DNA of 64,000 nucleotides from positions 1 to 64,000 of the forward strand of contig CAVYIM010000006.1 in NCBI GenBank assembly GCA_963768655.1, given 5' to 3'. The position numbers and the translations under genes are program-made. Every line of letters starts with the position of its first letter. The stretch's first letter is position 1. The DNA comes from an uncultured Chloroflexia bacterium. GTDB taxonomy: Bacteria; Chloroflexota; Limnocylindria; Limnocylindrales; CSP1-4. The notes beneath the pieces were generated by a model. The model saw nothing but the letters and a program-made list of their open reading frames with translations. It searched no databases and was not told the origin of the DNA. This document shows, piece by piece, positions 32,162-42,268 of the stretch.

Positions 32162-33178
32162 ATGAACGACAACTTCCGGGATCCGCTCGGGCCGGCTTCC
32201 GACGGCGAGTCCGTCGAAGGCTCTCCCGAGGGGGGCGCCGAACGGGAGGTAGGGCACCTGCCGGTGATGGTGGACGAGGTCCTTGAAACACTCGCCGCCA
32301 ACGCCGACAGCCTCCAAATCGACGCCACCCTCGGTGGAGCCGGCCATGCCGAGCGGATCCTGGAGGCCAGCGCTCCTGATGGCCGCCTCCTCGGACTCGA
32401 CGCCGACGGGGCGGCCATCGCCAGGGCCGGACGCCGCCTGGCACGCTTCGGAGAAAGGGCTGTGCTGCGTCAGGCCAACTTCCGCGATCTGGCACAGGTC
32501 GCGCCCGAGGCCGGGTTCGGGGCCGTCGATGGGCTGTTCATGGACCTCGGGCTGTCCAGCTACCAGCTCGCCGACGTCGGCCGCGGCTTCGGATTCCGAG
32601 CCGGCGGCCGCCTCGACATGCGCTTCGACACCAGCCACGGGCGGCCCGCCGCGGACCTGCTCGCGACGCTGGACGCGGCCGAGTTGACGGCGCTGTTCCG
32701 TAAGTACGGCGAGGAGCCCTTCGCCGGCCGAATCTCCAAGGCGATCGTGGAGGCACGCAGCAAGGCGCCCATCGAGACGGCCGAGCAACTCGCGGCGCTC
32801 GTCGGGCGATCCGTGCCGGCCCCGCGCGCTCGCCGGATCCATCCCGCCACGCGCGTCTTTCAGGCACTCCGAATCGCCGTCAACGATGAGCTCGGAGCCC
32901 TGGAGGCCGGACTGGCCGCGTCACTGGTGCTGCTGCGGCCGGGCGGCCGCCTCGTGGTCCTGAGCTACCACTCCCTGGAGGACCGCATCGTCAAGCGCTT
33001 CATCGCCGCCGAGCAGCGGGGCTGTGTCTGCCCGCCGCAGGTTCCGATCTGCGTCTGCGGTCGCCGGCCACGACTTCGATCTCTCGGCAGGTCGCGCACA
33101 CCCCGCGCCGCCGAGATCCAATCCAATCCCCGTTCCCGCAGTGCGCGTTTGCGGGGCGCGCAGCGAGTGGCCGCATGA
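32162..33178 (+). CDS. rsmH: 16S rRNA m4C1402 methyltransferase
   Basis: HLPVM, DATLGGAGH, DLGLSSYQL, LDMRFD, HPATRVFQALRIAVNDE, SYHSLEDR. Confidence 0.95.
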   Translation: MNDNFRDPLGPASDGESVEGSPEGGAEREVGHLPVMVDEVLETLAANADSLQIDATLGGAGHAERILEASAPDGRLLGLDADGAAIARAGRRLARFGERAVLRQANFRDLAQVAPEAGFGAVDGLFMDLGLSSYQLADVGRGFGFRAGGRLDMRFDTSHGRPAADLLATLDAAELTALFRKYGEEPFAGRISKAIVEARSKAPIETAEQLAALVGRSVPAPRARRIHPATRVFQALRIAVNDELGALEAGLAASLVLLRPGGRLVVLSYHSLEDRIVKRFIAAEQRGCVCPPQVPICVCGRRPRLRSLGRSRTPRAAEIQSNPRSRSARLRGAQRVAA

Positions 33179-33203
33179 GCGCCGGCCGGGAAGGCGGAAC
33201 CCG

Positions 33204-33422
33204 ATGAGCAAGCGCCATCAAGCCAGCCGCCGCCGCAGCTACGGCCGCCGCCAGCACGAGTTGCATGAGTGGCACGAGATCCACGAGCGAACGGATCGAC
33301 CCGGCGGCGTCATGGACTGGCTCGGCGAGTCCGAATCTTCACGGACGGGGCACGGCTGGAGCGCCGGGACGGCAGTCCGTGGCGCGGCCGGGGCCTGGCT
33401 GCAGCTTCAAGGGATCGACTAG
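33204..33422 (+). CDS. small basic/His-rich hypothetical protein inside the dcw cluster
   Basis: GGAAGG upstream; MSKRHQASRRRSYGRRQHELHEWHEIHER; stop TAG abuts the ftsL ATG. Confidence 0.6.
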   Translation: MSKRHQASRRRSYGRRQHELHEWHEIHERTDRPGGVMDWLGESESSRTGHGWSAGTAVRGAAGAWLQLQGID

Positions 33423-33818
33423 ATGGCCGTCTATGAAGGCGCTCGGCCGCGCTCCACGTTCCTTCCGCGCCGGCGCCTGGAGGCCCCCCTCCTCCGCCCC
33501 CAGGCACCGGCTCTTCCGCGCCGTCGGTCTCGCGTGGCAATGCGCGCCAACCGGCGTCCACGCACGGTGGGCTTTCTCATCGGCGCGATCGTCGTTGCCT
33601 TCCTGCTGAGCTTCTTCTCACTCGTCCAGACCGTTCGCGTCTCGACCAGTGGCTACGACATGGCCGTGCTCAACGACGACTATCTGCAGCTCCAGAACCA
33701 ACAGCAGCAGATCACCTCCGACATAGATCGAATGGGTCGTCAATCCGCCATCAGCCGCCAGGCGATCGCCGATGGCCTGAGCCAGCTGCCCGCGCCGGTA
33801 ATCATTCCGGCCCGCTAG
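33423..33818 (+). CDS. ftsL: FtsL-like cell division protein
   Basis: Basic N-terminus, single TM, coiled coil; position before the PBP. Confidence 0.7.
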   Translation: MAVYEGARPRSTFLPRRRLEAPLLRPQAPALPRRRSRVAMRANRRPRTVGFLIGAIVVAFLLSFFSLVQTVRVSTSGYDMAVLNDDYLQLQNQQQQITSDIDRMGRQSAISRQAIADGLSQLPAPVIIPAR

Positions 33819-33830
33819 GAAGCCGGACAG

Positions 33831-35669
33831 ATGCTCGGCCGAACCGACTCTCGGGCCCGCCTCTTCCTGATACTGCTGGTCGTGATCGTCGTCTCGACGG
33901 GCATGACGGCACGCCTGGCGTACTGGCAGATCGACCAGAAACAGACCCTCTCGCAGGCCGCCGCCCAGGGATCGACCTACACGGAGACGACTCCCCAGCT
34001 GCGCGGCACGATCTACGACCGGACCTGCACGATCGTCCTCGCCCAGACCATCATGCTGTACCGGGTCATCGGGGACCCGCATGACCTCACGGATGCCCAG
34101 AAGGTCAGCACCGTCAGCGCCCTGGTCGACTATCTCTCCCTGAGCGACCAGGACGCGGGCAAGGTCCAGGCCGCCATGGCCGGCGACTCCTACTACGTCC
34201 TGCTCGCGACCAACGTGACCGCGGATGTCGTTCAGGAGATGAAGGCCGACCAGGCCGCCGGCGGCCTGCCCGGCATCTCGTTCGAAGAGCAACCGGTCCG
34301 GGTCTACCCGCAGGCAGGCGGGGCGCCGAACACTTCTCTGGCCTCGCAGCTCCTCGGATTCGTGAATGCCGCCGGACAGGGCCAATACGGGATCGAGCAG
34401 GAGTACGACTCGCTGCTCGCCGGGCGGCCGAGCGTGGTCCAGGTCGATCCTACGGACCCGGGACCGAACGGAACTACGGTCATCGATGCGGGGACGCCGG
34501 GTCAGGACATCTGCACGACCATCGACGCCAGCCTGCAGCTCCAGGTCGAGAAGGAAGTCTACGCCGCCTGGGTCGCCGACAAGGCCAAGACCGTCTCCTC
34601 GGTGGTCATGGATCCCAAGACCGGCGAGATCCTGGCGGAGGCGAGCTACCCGGCCTACGACGCCAACAACTACTCGGAGGTCGCCGATCAGGACCCCGAC
34701 CTGTTCAACGACCCGGTCGTTTCCCGTGACTACGAACCTGGATCGGTCTTCAAGATGCTCACGACCACCGCCGCCCTCCAGACGGGGACAACGGAGCTGA
34801 CGACCGAGATCGACGACTACGGCGTCCTCAAGTTGCCCGGCGGCCAGGAAGTCGACGACGCAGACAAGAAGCCCAAGGGCTGGCGGACCTTCGCCTACAT
34901 GGTGGCCTATTCCCGCAACGTCGGCCTCACCCAGGTGGCGTTCCGGCTTGGCAAGACCACTGCCGCCGCCTCCAAGGTGCTGTATCAGACATGGCAGAGC
35001 TACGGCATCGGCCAGAAGACCGGGATCGACGTCGCCGGCGAGGTGGCCGGCACGGCGCGCAACCCGGCCACCAATCCGTGGCAGGAGATCGATCTCGCCA
35101 ACGCCTCGTTCGGCCAGGGCGTGTCGGCGACGCCCATCCAGATCACGCGTGCCTACGCGGCCATGGTCAACGGCGGCACGCTGGTGACGCCTCGAGTCGT
35201 CCTCTCGGATGCCAGGATCGGAGGGTCCGCACCTGTCGCCCAGACCGGGCCGCAGGTGATCAGTGCCAGCCTGTCGAAGACCCTCACCAGCCTGATGGAG
35301 TACGTCGTGACGGTGGTCCCGTCGTACGCCCAGCGCACCTACATCAAGGGCTACTACGTCGGCGGCAAGACCGGCACGGCCCAGATCTGGGACCCGAACC
35401 TCAACGGCGGCCAGGGCGGCTGGAAAGTCGACGACTACAACTACAGCTTCTACGGCTGGGTCGGGCACAGCCAGCCCGACCTGGTCATCGGAACGGTGAT
35501 CTTCCAGGGCACGCCAACGCTCATAAAGCAAGGTGTCCTGGACATGCCAGTCCAGTCCTACGAACTGTTCCGTCGAATAGCGACGGACGCGGTGACCACC
35601 GAGCAGATCCCGCCCAACCCGGACGGGCCGGCGCCACCGGGAACCAGGAAAGCGACGCCGGAGGGATGA
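33831..35669 (+). CDS. ftsI: class B penicillin-binding protein (FtsI-like)
   Basis: RGTIYDR, YEPGSVFK (SxxK), SRN (SxN), GKTGTAQ. Confidence 0.9.
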   Translation: MLGRTDSRARLFLILLVVIVVSTGMTARLAYWQIDQKQTLSQAAAQGSTYTETTPQLRGTIYDRTCTIVLAQTIMLYRVIGDPHDLTDAQKVSTVSALVDYLSLSDQDAGKVQAAMAGDSYYVLLATNVTADVVQEMKADQAAGGLPGISFEEQPVRVYPQAGGAPNTSLASQLLGFVNAAGQGQYGIEQEYDSLLAGRPSVVQVDPTDPGPNGTTVIDAGTPGQDICTTIDASLQLQVEKEVYAAWVADKAKTVSSVVMDPKTGEILAEASYPAYDANNYSEVADQDPDLFNDPVVSRDYEPGSVFKMLTTTAALQTGTTELTTEIDDYGVLKLPGGQEVDDADKKPKGWRTFAYMVAYSRNVGLTQVAFRLGKTTAAASKVLYQTWQSYGIGQKTGIDVAGEVAGTARNPATNPWQEIDLANASFGQGVSATPIQITRAYAAMVNGGTLVTPRVVLSDARIGGSAPVAQTGPQVISASLSKTLTSLMEYVVTVVPSYAQRTYIKGYYVGGKTGTAQIWDPNLNGGQGGWKVDDYNYSFYGWVGHSQPDLVIGTVIFQGTPTLIKQGVLDMPVQSYELFRRIATDAVTTEQIPPNPDGPAPPGTRKATPEG

Positions 35670-35716
35670 CGGCCGGATCCGGTACCGAGCGCGGTTGCCT
35701 GTGCGACACTGAAGAA

Positions 35717-37204
35717 GTGACCGATGCCCGCCAACCGGAGGCTCGGCCCGGAGCGGGGCCGATTCCGCTGACCGCGCCCGAGATAGCCGCCGCAACCGAT
35801 GGCCGGCTCGTGCTTGCCTGCGAGCGACCGGTGTCGGGCGTCACGGTCGACTCCCGGCTGGTCCGGCCCGGGAACCTCTTCGTCGCGCTCCCCGGCGAGC
35901 GGACGGACGGCCATCGCTACATCGGCGCTGCTGTGGCGCTCGGCGCGGCCGCCCTCCTCGTCTCCGAGCTCACGGACGGGGATGCCGAGCTGGCCCGCGG
36001 CGCCGCGTCGGCGATCGTGGTCCCCGACACGCTGCTCGGCCTCCACGCCCTGGCCGCGGCCTGGCGACGGCGCTTCTCGCCGCTTGTCGTCGGAGTGACC
36101 GGCAGCATCGCCAAGACGTCCACGAAGGAGGCGATCGCCGCCGTCCTGGGCGAGCGGTTCGTGACCCTGAAGAGTGAGGGGAACGCCAACAACGAAATCG
36201 GCCTGCCTCTCACCGTGCTGCGGCTGGGCCCCGAGCACGAGGCCGTGGTGCTGGAGATGGGGATGTACGTGGGCGGCGAGATCGCCGCGCTGGCGGCCAT
36301 CGCACGTCCGAAGATCGGGGTCGTGACGGCCGTGCGTGAGGTTCATCTCTCGCGCATCGGCTCGATCGAGGCGGTGGAGAAGGCCAAGGGCGAGCTCGTG
36401 GAGGCACTCCCGGCGGACGGAGTGGCGATCCTCAACGCCGACGATCCCCGGGTCGTTCGGATGCGCGACCGCACGGCAGCGCGGGCCCTGACCTACGGCT
36501 TTGCCGCGGAGGCGGACGTGCGGGCCGAGGAAGTCGTCGCCGCAGGCCTCGACGGTATGCGCTTCACGCTGGTCACGCCCGCGGGGCGAGTCCGAACCGC
36601 CACGCCCGCGCTGGGGCGCCACGGCGTCCACAACGGCCTGGCCGCCGCGGCCGTGGGAATCGCCGCCGGCCTGGACCTGGATCTGATCGCCGCCGGGCTC
36701 CGCGCCGGCTGGCAGGCGCCGCACCGAGACCAGATCGTGCGCGTCGGCGGCCTCACGATCCTCGACGATTCGTACAATGCCTCTCCGGCGTCGATGATCG
36801 CCGCGCTCGAGCTGCTGGCGACCCTCCCGGGCCGGCACGTCGCCGTCCTGGGCGAGATGTTGGAGCTCGGCGAGGCGCATGATCGTGGCCACCGCCAGGT
36901 GGGGGCGGCAGCCGCCGGGTTGGCGGACGTCGTAGTGGTGGTGGGCGAAGCGGCGGCCGGAATAGCGGCCGGGGCAGCCTCGCTGGGCGAGGCGGTCGTG
37001 GCCGTGCCGGATCGAGACGCGGCCCTGGCCGTCCTGCGTGAGACGCTCCGGCCGGGTGACGCGGTCCTGGTCAAGGCTTCGCGCGGGGCAGAGCTCGACC
37101 TGATAGTGGATTCGCTGGCGGGAGACCGGGGGAGCTGGGCCGACGGCGCCGAGTCTGGATCCGACGCGGCGGCAATGAGTAGAGCCGTGGAGGCTGACCG
37201 TTGA
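35717..37204 (+). CDS. murF: UDP-MurNAc-tripeptide--D-Ala-D-Ala ligase
   Basis: DSR, DGH, GVTGSIAKTSTKE, NNEIGLPLT, DDSYNASPASM, VKASRG. Confidence 0.93.
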   Translation: MTDARQPEARPGAGPIPLTAPEIAAATDGRLVLACERPVSGVTVDSRLVRPGNLFVALPGERTDGHRYIGAAVALGAAALLVSELTDGDAELARGAASAIVVPDTLLGLHALAAAWRRRFSPLVVGVTGSIAKTSTKEAIAAVLGERFVTLKSEGNANNEIGLPLTVLRLGPEHEAVVLEMGMYVGGEIAALAAIARPKIGVVTAVREVHLSRIGSIEAVEKAKGELVEALPADGVAILNADDPRVVRMRDRTAARALTYGFAAEADVRAEEVVAAGLDGMRFTLVTPAGRVRTATPALGRHGVHNGLAAAAVGIAAGLDLDLIAAGLRAGWQAPHRDQIVRVGGLTILDDSYNASPASMIAALELLATLPGRHVAVLGEMLELGEAHDRGHRQVGAAAAGLADVVVVVGEAAAGIAAGAASLGEAVVAVPDRDAALAVLRETLRPGDAVLVKASRGAELDLIVDSLAGDRGSWADGAESGSDAAAMSRAVEADR

Positions 37205-38226
37205 ACGATCACGGTCTGGTGTTCATCCAGGGGCTGCTGCTGGCGTTCGCCTGCGTGGTGATCCTGATGCCGCCGTACATCCGGCTGCTGCACTGGCTGG
37301 GCATGGGCAAGAAGATCCGCGAGGAGGGTCCGGGGTCGCACCTGGTCAAGCAGGGGACGCCAACAATGGGCGGCGTCCTGCTGGTGGCCGTCATCCTGTC
37401 CCTGGCCTATGTCTTCGACGCCATGGACGCCTCGACCTATTCGCCGCTGGTGGTGCTTGCGCTCGTCGGCGCGCTCGGCGCCGTGGACGACTTCCTGAAC
37501 GCTCGAACCGGATTCGGCATCAGGGGCCGTCAGAAGATCGTGTGGCAGACGGTCGTGGCCATCGGCGTCGCCATCTACGTCCAGAACCACTTTGGCTTCA
37601 ACGGCTTTCGCATCCCGTTCGTAGGCAACGTCGAGCTGACCCAGACCATCCAGGTCCCGTTCACCGACCGCGGTTTCGAGGTGGGGGCGCTGTTCTTCAT
37701 AGTCGTCGCCGTGATCGCCATCGTCGGTGCCAGCAACGGCGTGAACCTGACCGACGGCCTCGACGGCCTGGCCGGCGGCACCCTTGCCTTCGCGTTCATC
37801 AGCTACCTGATCATCGCCCTCCTGAACGAGCCGGTCGCGCAGCCGAACCTGGCCCTCGTCTGCGCCATCGTGGTCGGCGCGATCCTGGGTTTCCTGTGGT
37901 TCAACGTCCATCCGGCCCAGGTCTTCATGGGCGATTCCGGCGCCCTCTCCCTGGGCGGCATGCTGGCCGTGGTTGCGCTCATCACCGGCCAGGTGATGAT
38001 CCTGCCCTTCATCGGCCTGATCTTCGTCCTGGAGACGGCCTCGGACATCATCCAGGTCGGCAGCTTCAAGCTCCGCCACAAGCGCGTCTTCCGCATGGCG
38101 CCGCTGCACCATCACTTCGAGCTCGGGGGCTGGGACGAGGAGAAGGTGACGATGCGCTTCTGGATCGTGGGCGCGCTGGCGGGCCTGCTCGGGGTGACGC
38201 TGTTCGTCTCCTCGATCCCGAAGTAG
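37201..38226 (+). CDS. mraY: phospho-MurNAc-pentapeptide transferase
   Basis: KQGTPTMGG, NGVNLTDGLDGL, VFMGDSG, MAPLHHHFEL. Confidence 0.96.
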   Translation: MNDHGLVFIQGLLLAFACVVILMPPYIRLLHWLGMGKKIREEGPGSHLVKQGTPTMGGVLLVAVILSLAYVFDAMDASTYSPLVVLALVGALGAVDDFLNARTGFGIRGRQKIVWQTVVAIGVAIYVQNHFGFNGFRIPFVGNVELTQTIQVPFTDRGFEVGALFFIVVAVIAIVGASNGVNLTDGLDGLAGGTLAFAFISYLIIALLNEPVAQPNLALVCAIVVGAILGFLWFNVHPAQVFMGDSGALSLGGMLAVVALITGQVMILPFIGLIFVLETASDIIQVGSFKLRHKRVFRMAPLHHHFELGGWDEEKVTMRFWIVGALAGLLGVTLFVSSIPK

Positions 38227-38233
38227 GCAGGCC

Positions 38234-39862
38234 ATGAAGCGACGCATCGTCGATCTCGATCACCTGACCGCCGCCGGCGTACGAGACGGCGCGCTCGACC
38301 GGCGGTCGGTCACGGTACTCGGGCTGGCCCGCAGCGGGATCGCCATGGCGCGCTTCTTCGCCGATGCCGGCGCCCGCGTGACGGTCTACGACGGCAGAAC
38401 GGCCGACGACCTGCGATCGGCGATCGAAGCCCTTGGCGGGCGACGGATCGATCTTGTCCTCGGGCCCGATGTCGAGCCGGCCGCCGCATGGGCATCGGCC
38501 GATCTGGTCGCGACCTCCCCGAGCATCAACCCGGACTTTCCGACGGCCGAGCCACGCCTGAGGGCCGCGCTCGCCGCGCTGGTCGAAGCCCACCGAGCCG
38601 ATCCCCGCGGGGCGCCCGCGCTGGTGAGCGAGCCCGACCTCGTCCTCCGCATGTGTCCCTGCCCGACCGTCGGGGTCAGCGGCACGAAGGGCAAGACGAC
38701 CACCTCGTCGCTGATCGCGGCGCTGCTGGCCCAGGATTCTGCGCACCCGGCGATCCTGGGCGGAAACATCGGGATCCCGCTCGTCGAGCGGTTGACCGAG
38801 CTCACGCCCGAACACCGGGTCGTCATCGAGCTGTCCGAGCTGCAGCTGCCGACTCTCTCCCGTGGGACGACGGTGGCCGTGTTCACGAACGTCACTTCGG
38901 ATCATCTCGACCGCCACGGCTCCGTCGCTGCCTACCGGGCGGTGAAGCGGCGCCTCGCCGAGCTGGTCGATCCTGCCGGCGCACTGGTACTGAACGCCGA
39001 GGACCCGGTCGTGGCCGCGTTCGCCGAGCTGCGCACGGCCCCGGTCGTCTGGTACCGGCGCGAGCGGCCGCTGCCGGGTGGCGTGGGCGTCGAAGACGGT
39101 TGGATCGTGGCCGCGGGCGTGGAGCGGCTACCCCTCGCCGGCGGCGGCGCCGCGCCGCTGGGGCGGAGCGGCCGGATCATGCCGATCTCCGAGCTCGCGA
39201 TCCCCGGCGACCACAACGTCTCCAATGCGCTCGCCGCGGTCGCCGTGGCGCTCCTTTTCGGCCTCTCCGACGAGACGATCCGGCCCGCCGCCGCCGCATT
39301 CGCCGGCGTGGAGCACCGCCTCGAGCAGGTCGCCACCGTGAACGGCGTGCGCTTCATCAACGATTCACAGGGGACGCAGCCGGACGCCGTCATCGCCGCG
39401 CTACGGGCGTTCCCGCGGCCGCTCGTTCTGATCGCCGGCGGGCGCGACAAGGGCGTCGATCTGTCCGGTCTGGGCCCGGTCGCTGCGGAGAGGGCTGACG
39501 CGGCCGTCTTGATCGGCGAGTCGGGACCGTCGCTGGCCGAGCTCTTCCGCAAGAGCGGCGTGGCACGCGTGGAGCAGGTGGCCAGTCTTGCCGAAGCCGT
39601 CGAGCTGGCGGATGCGATCGCCCGCCAGGCGCTGGCGGCGCGCACGGCACGACCGCCGCTGGGCGTTCCGGGCGGCAAGGGCGAGGCCGGTGCCAGGGCC
39701 GTCGCCGACGCCAGGGCCGCGGCGGGGCCCGCGACCGTGCTGCTGAGTCCGGCCGCGGCCAGCTTCGACATGTTCGCCGACTATGCCGCCCGGGGCGCCG
39801 CCTTCCGAGCCGCTGTGGAAGGCATCGCCAGACGTCGGGGGCAGGGGGGATTGCGTCGATGA
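38234..39862 (+). CDS. murD: UDP-MurNAc-L-Ala--D-Glu ligase
   Basis: GLARSG, GTKGKTTT, GGNIG, DHLDRH, EHRLE, LSPAAASFDMF. Confidence 0.93.
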   Translation: MKRRIVDLDHLTAAGVRDGALDRRSVTVLGLARSGIAMARFFADAGARVTVYDGRTADDLRSAIEALGGRRIDLVLGPDVEPAAAWASADLVATSPSINPDFPTAEPRLRAALAALVEAHRADPRGAPALVSEPDLVLRMCPCPTVGVSGTKGKTTTSSLIAALLAQDSAHPAILGGNIGIPLVERLTELTPEHRVVIELSELQLPTLSRGTTVAVFTNVTSDHLDRHGSVAAYRAVKRRLAELVDPAGALVLNAEDPVVAAFAELRTAPVVWYRRERPLPGGVGVEDGWIVAAGVERLPLAGGGAAPLGRSGRIMPISELAIPGDHNVSNALAAVAVALLFGLSDETIRPAAAAFAGVEHRLEQVATVNGVRFINDSQGTQPDAVIAALRAFPRPLVLIAGGRDKGVDLSGLGPVAAERADAAVLIGESGPSLAELFRKSGVARVEQVASLAEAVELADAIARQALAARTARPPLGVPGGKGEAGARAVADARAAAGPATVLLSPAAASFDMFADYAARGAAFRAAVEGIARRRGQGGLRR

Positions 39863-41211
39863 GGGATCTCGGCGCGGTTTCGCTCGGCAGCCACGAGACA
39901 GTGGAGATGGAACGGCTCAGTCGGGCCGGCGGCAGGAGATCCGGCGCCCGGGACCTGCCGGTTCGACCGCCGGCAGTTCGACCGAATGCACTCGAACCGA
40001 AGGGCGGCCCCAGGCGAGAGCTCCACGATCCGGATTGGGTGATCGCCGTTGCCGTCACCGCCCTGGCGGCGGTCGGCATCCTGATGGTCTACTCGGCCTC
40101 GGCCATCGATTCGTACGCGAACACACAGAACACCTTCCAGCTGGTGGTGCCCCAGATCGGGGCCGGCCTGGCCGGAATGGCGACCATGATCGTCCTTGCC
40201 CGCATCGACTATCGGTACCTGCGCAAGGTCAGCCTCCTGCTGGCCGTCGCGGCCCTGGCACTGCTGATCGCCGTCCTGAGCCCGAAGATCGGAGTCTCGT
40301 CCGGCAGCGCGTCGCGCTGGATTCAGCTCGGCCCGTTCTTCGAGATCCATCCGGCGGAGATCGCCAAGCTCGCCCTGGTCGTCTACCTCTCGCACTGGCT
40401 GGCGACGCGCGGTACCCAGATCAGGAGTTTCTTCCACGGCACGGTGCCGTACTGGATCATCGTCGTGCCGTTCGCGTTTCTGATCTCGCGCGAGCCCGAC
40501 ATCGGGACGACCAGCATCATCGTGCTCATCGCGCTGCTGCTCTTCTTCGTGGCGGGCTGCAACATCTTCCACCTGGCGATGGCGCTGGCAGGCGGTGTGG
40601 CGGGCGGCGTGGTCCTGGTGCTTTCTCTCGGCTCCTACCCGCTGGCGCGGATCCAGGCTTTCCTCGACCCGTGGTCCGCCCCGCTTGGGACCGGGGACCA
40701 GACCATCAAGGGCCTGGAGGCGCTTGCCGCCGGTGGGCTCTTCGGCACCGGCCTGGGCAACGATCGAGTGCCCGTGCCCCAGGACTACAACGACTTCATC
40801 TTCTCGGTCATAGCCCAGGAACTGGGATTCGTGGGCGGCCTGGTCGTCATCGCATTGTTCGTGGCACTGGCCTGGGCCGGGATCCGGACCGCGCTTCGGG
40901 CACCGGATACCTTTGGCGGTCTGCTGGCAGCCGGGATCACGGCCTGGATCTGCTTCCAGGCGATCGTCAACATCTGCGTCGTGCTGGCGCTGGTTCCGGT
41001 AACCGGCATAACCCTGCCGTTCGTGTCCCAGGGCGGCTCGTCGCTCGTGGTGAGCTTCGCCGGGGTGGGGATCCTGCTGTCCATCTCTCGTGAGACCGTG
41101 GAGCGAGGTTGGGTCAATGCGTCTGCTGATCGCGGGCGGGGGTACGGGAGGACATATCTACCCGGCTCTCGCGGTGGCTCGATCGTTGCAGGCCCGACCG
41201 GCCGCGCCTGA
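39859..41211 (+). CDS. ftsW: SEDS peptidoglycan polymerase FtsW
   Basis: MVYSAS, RWIQLG, PAEIAK, EPDIGT, DFIFSVIAQELG, LPFVSQGGSS. Confidence 0.92.
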   Translation: MRDLGAVSLGSHETVEMERLSRAGGRRSGARDLPVRPPAVRPNALEPKGGPRRELHDPDWVIAVAVTALAAVGILMVYSASAIDSYANTQNTFQLVVPQIGAGLAGMATMIVLARIDYRYLRKVSLLLAVAALALLIAVLSPKIGVSSGSASRWIQLGPFFEIHPAEIAKLALVVYLSHWLATRGTQIRSFFHGTVPYWIIVVPFAFLISREPDIGTTSIIVLIALLLFFVAGCNIFHLAMALAGGVAGGVVLVLSLGSYPLARIQAFLDPWSAPLGTGDQTIKGLEALAAGGLFGTGLGNDRVPVPQDYNDFIFSVIAQELGFVGGLVVIALFVALAWAGIRTALRAPDTFGGLLAAGITAWICFQAIVNICVVLALVPVTGITLPFVSQGGSSLVVSFAGVGILLSISRETVERGWVNASADRGRGYGRTYLPGSRGGSIVAGPTGRA

Positions 41212-42268
41212 GCTGGCCTGGATCGGCGGCCATCGCGGCCTGGAGTCCCAGGTCGTGCCGGAGACCGGGATCCCGCTCCGGCGTCTGGCTCTGCGCTCGC
41301 TTCGGACGGTCGACCTCGACGTGCACGCCGTTCTGGATCCGATCCGGCTGTGCGTGTCGATGCCGCAGGCGGTGGCGCTGCTGATCGCGCGGCGCCCGGC
41401 GGCCATCTTCACGACCGGCGGATACGTGGCCCTGCCGGTACTGGTCGGGGCAGGGCTGCTCCGCATCCCGGTGGTCATGTGGGACGGCAACGTCTGCCCG
41501 GGGCGGAGCGTCCGCTGGACGGCTCGGATGGCCCGCTGCCTGACGGTCAGCTTCGAAGCGACTTGCCGGGCCATCGGCGGGCGGAAACCCTGCTTTCTGA
41601 CCGGGACGCCGATCCGAAACCCCGGCGCGGTGGATCGCGCCGCCGCCCGTGGCCAGCTGGGCGTGGGGCCGGACGAGCGACTGTTGTTGATCTTCGGCGG
41701 GTCGCAGGCGGTGCGGCGGTTCAATCTGGCGGTGGTCGAAGCCCTGCCGAGGCTCGTCGAGAAGGCGCGAGTCCTGCACGTGACCGGCGATGCCGGGTTC
41801 GATGCGGCGGTCAGCGCGCGAGCCGCGCTGCCGCCGGAGATGCGCGACCGATACCGCCCGGAGCGCTTCCTGCGCGACGAGATGACCACGGCCCTGGCGG
41901 CGGCCGACCTGGTCGTGGGGCGGGCGGGTTCCTCGACGCTGGCGGAGGTGGCGGCCTTTGGCCTGCCGATGGTCGTCGTCCCGTATCCGCATGCCGCGGG
42001 CCATCAGCGCCACAACGCGGAGGAGATGGTTCGCGCCGGTGCGGCGCGCCTCGTGGAGGACGAGGCCTTCGACGCGGAGGCTCTCCTGGCCGCCGCCGCC
42101 ATCCTCGACGATCCCGCGCAACGGGCCGCGATGGCGGCGGCCGCCGGGTCGCTGGCAAGGCCCGGGGCGGCGGAGGCAGTCGCGGAGCTGGTGATGGCGG
42201 CCGCGGAGCGGCGCCGTTTCCCGGATCCGGCGGCGCTCGACGCCGTCTCTCGGGGAGTGGCCCCGTGA
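41117..42268 (+). CDS. murG: MurG glycosyltransferase
   Basis: GGGTGGHIYPA, TGGY, GGSQ, RAGSSTLAE, HQRHNA. Confidence 0.94.
   Translation: MRLLIAGGGTGGHIYPALAVARSLQARPAAPELAWIGGHRGLESQVVPETGIPLRRLALRSLRTVDLDVHAVLDPIRLCVSMPQAVALLIARRPAAIFTTGGYVALPVLVGAGLLRIPVVMWDGNVCPGRSVRWTARMARCLTVSFEATCRAIGGRKPCFLTGTPIRNPGAVDRAAARGQLGVGPDERLLLIFGGSQAVRRFNLAVVEALPRLVEKARVLHVTGDAGFDAAVSARAALPPEMRDRYRPERFLRDEMTTALAAADLVVGRAGSSTLAEVAAFGLPMVVVPYPHAAGHQRHNAEEMVRAGAARLVEDEAFDAEALLAAAAILDDPAQRAAMAAAAGSLARPGAAEAVAELVMAAAERRRFPDPAALDAVSRGVAP

Noticed and set aside
28296-35795. Long antisense ORFs (e.g. 28296-30299, 33618-35795) and similar shadows throughout
   Set aside because: They mirror well-supported genes and are expected from stop-codon scarcity at high GC.
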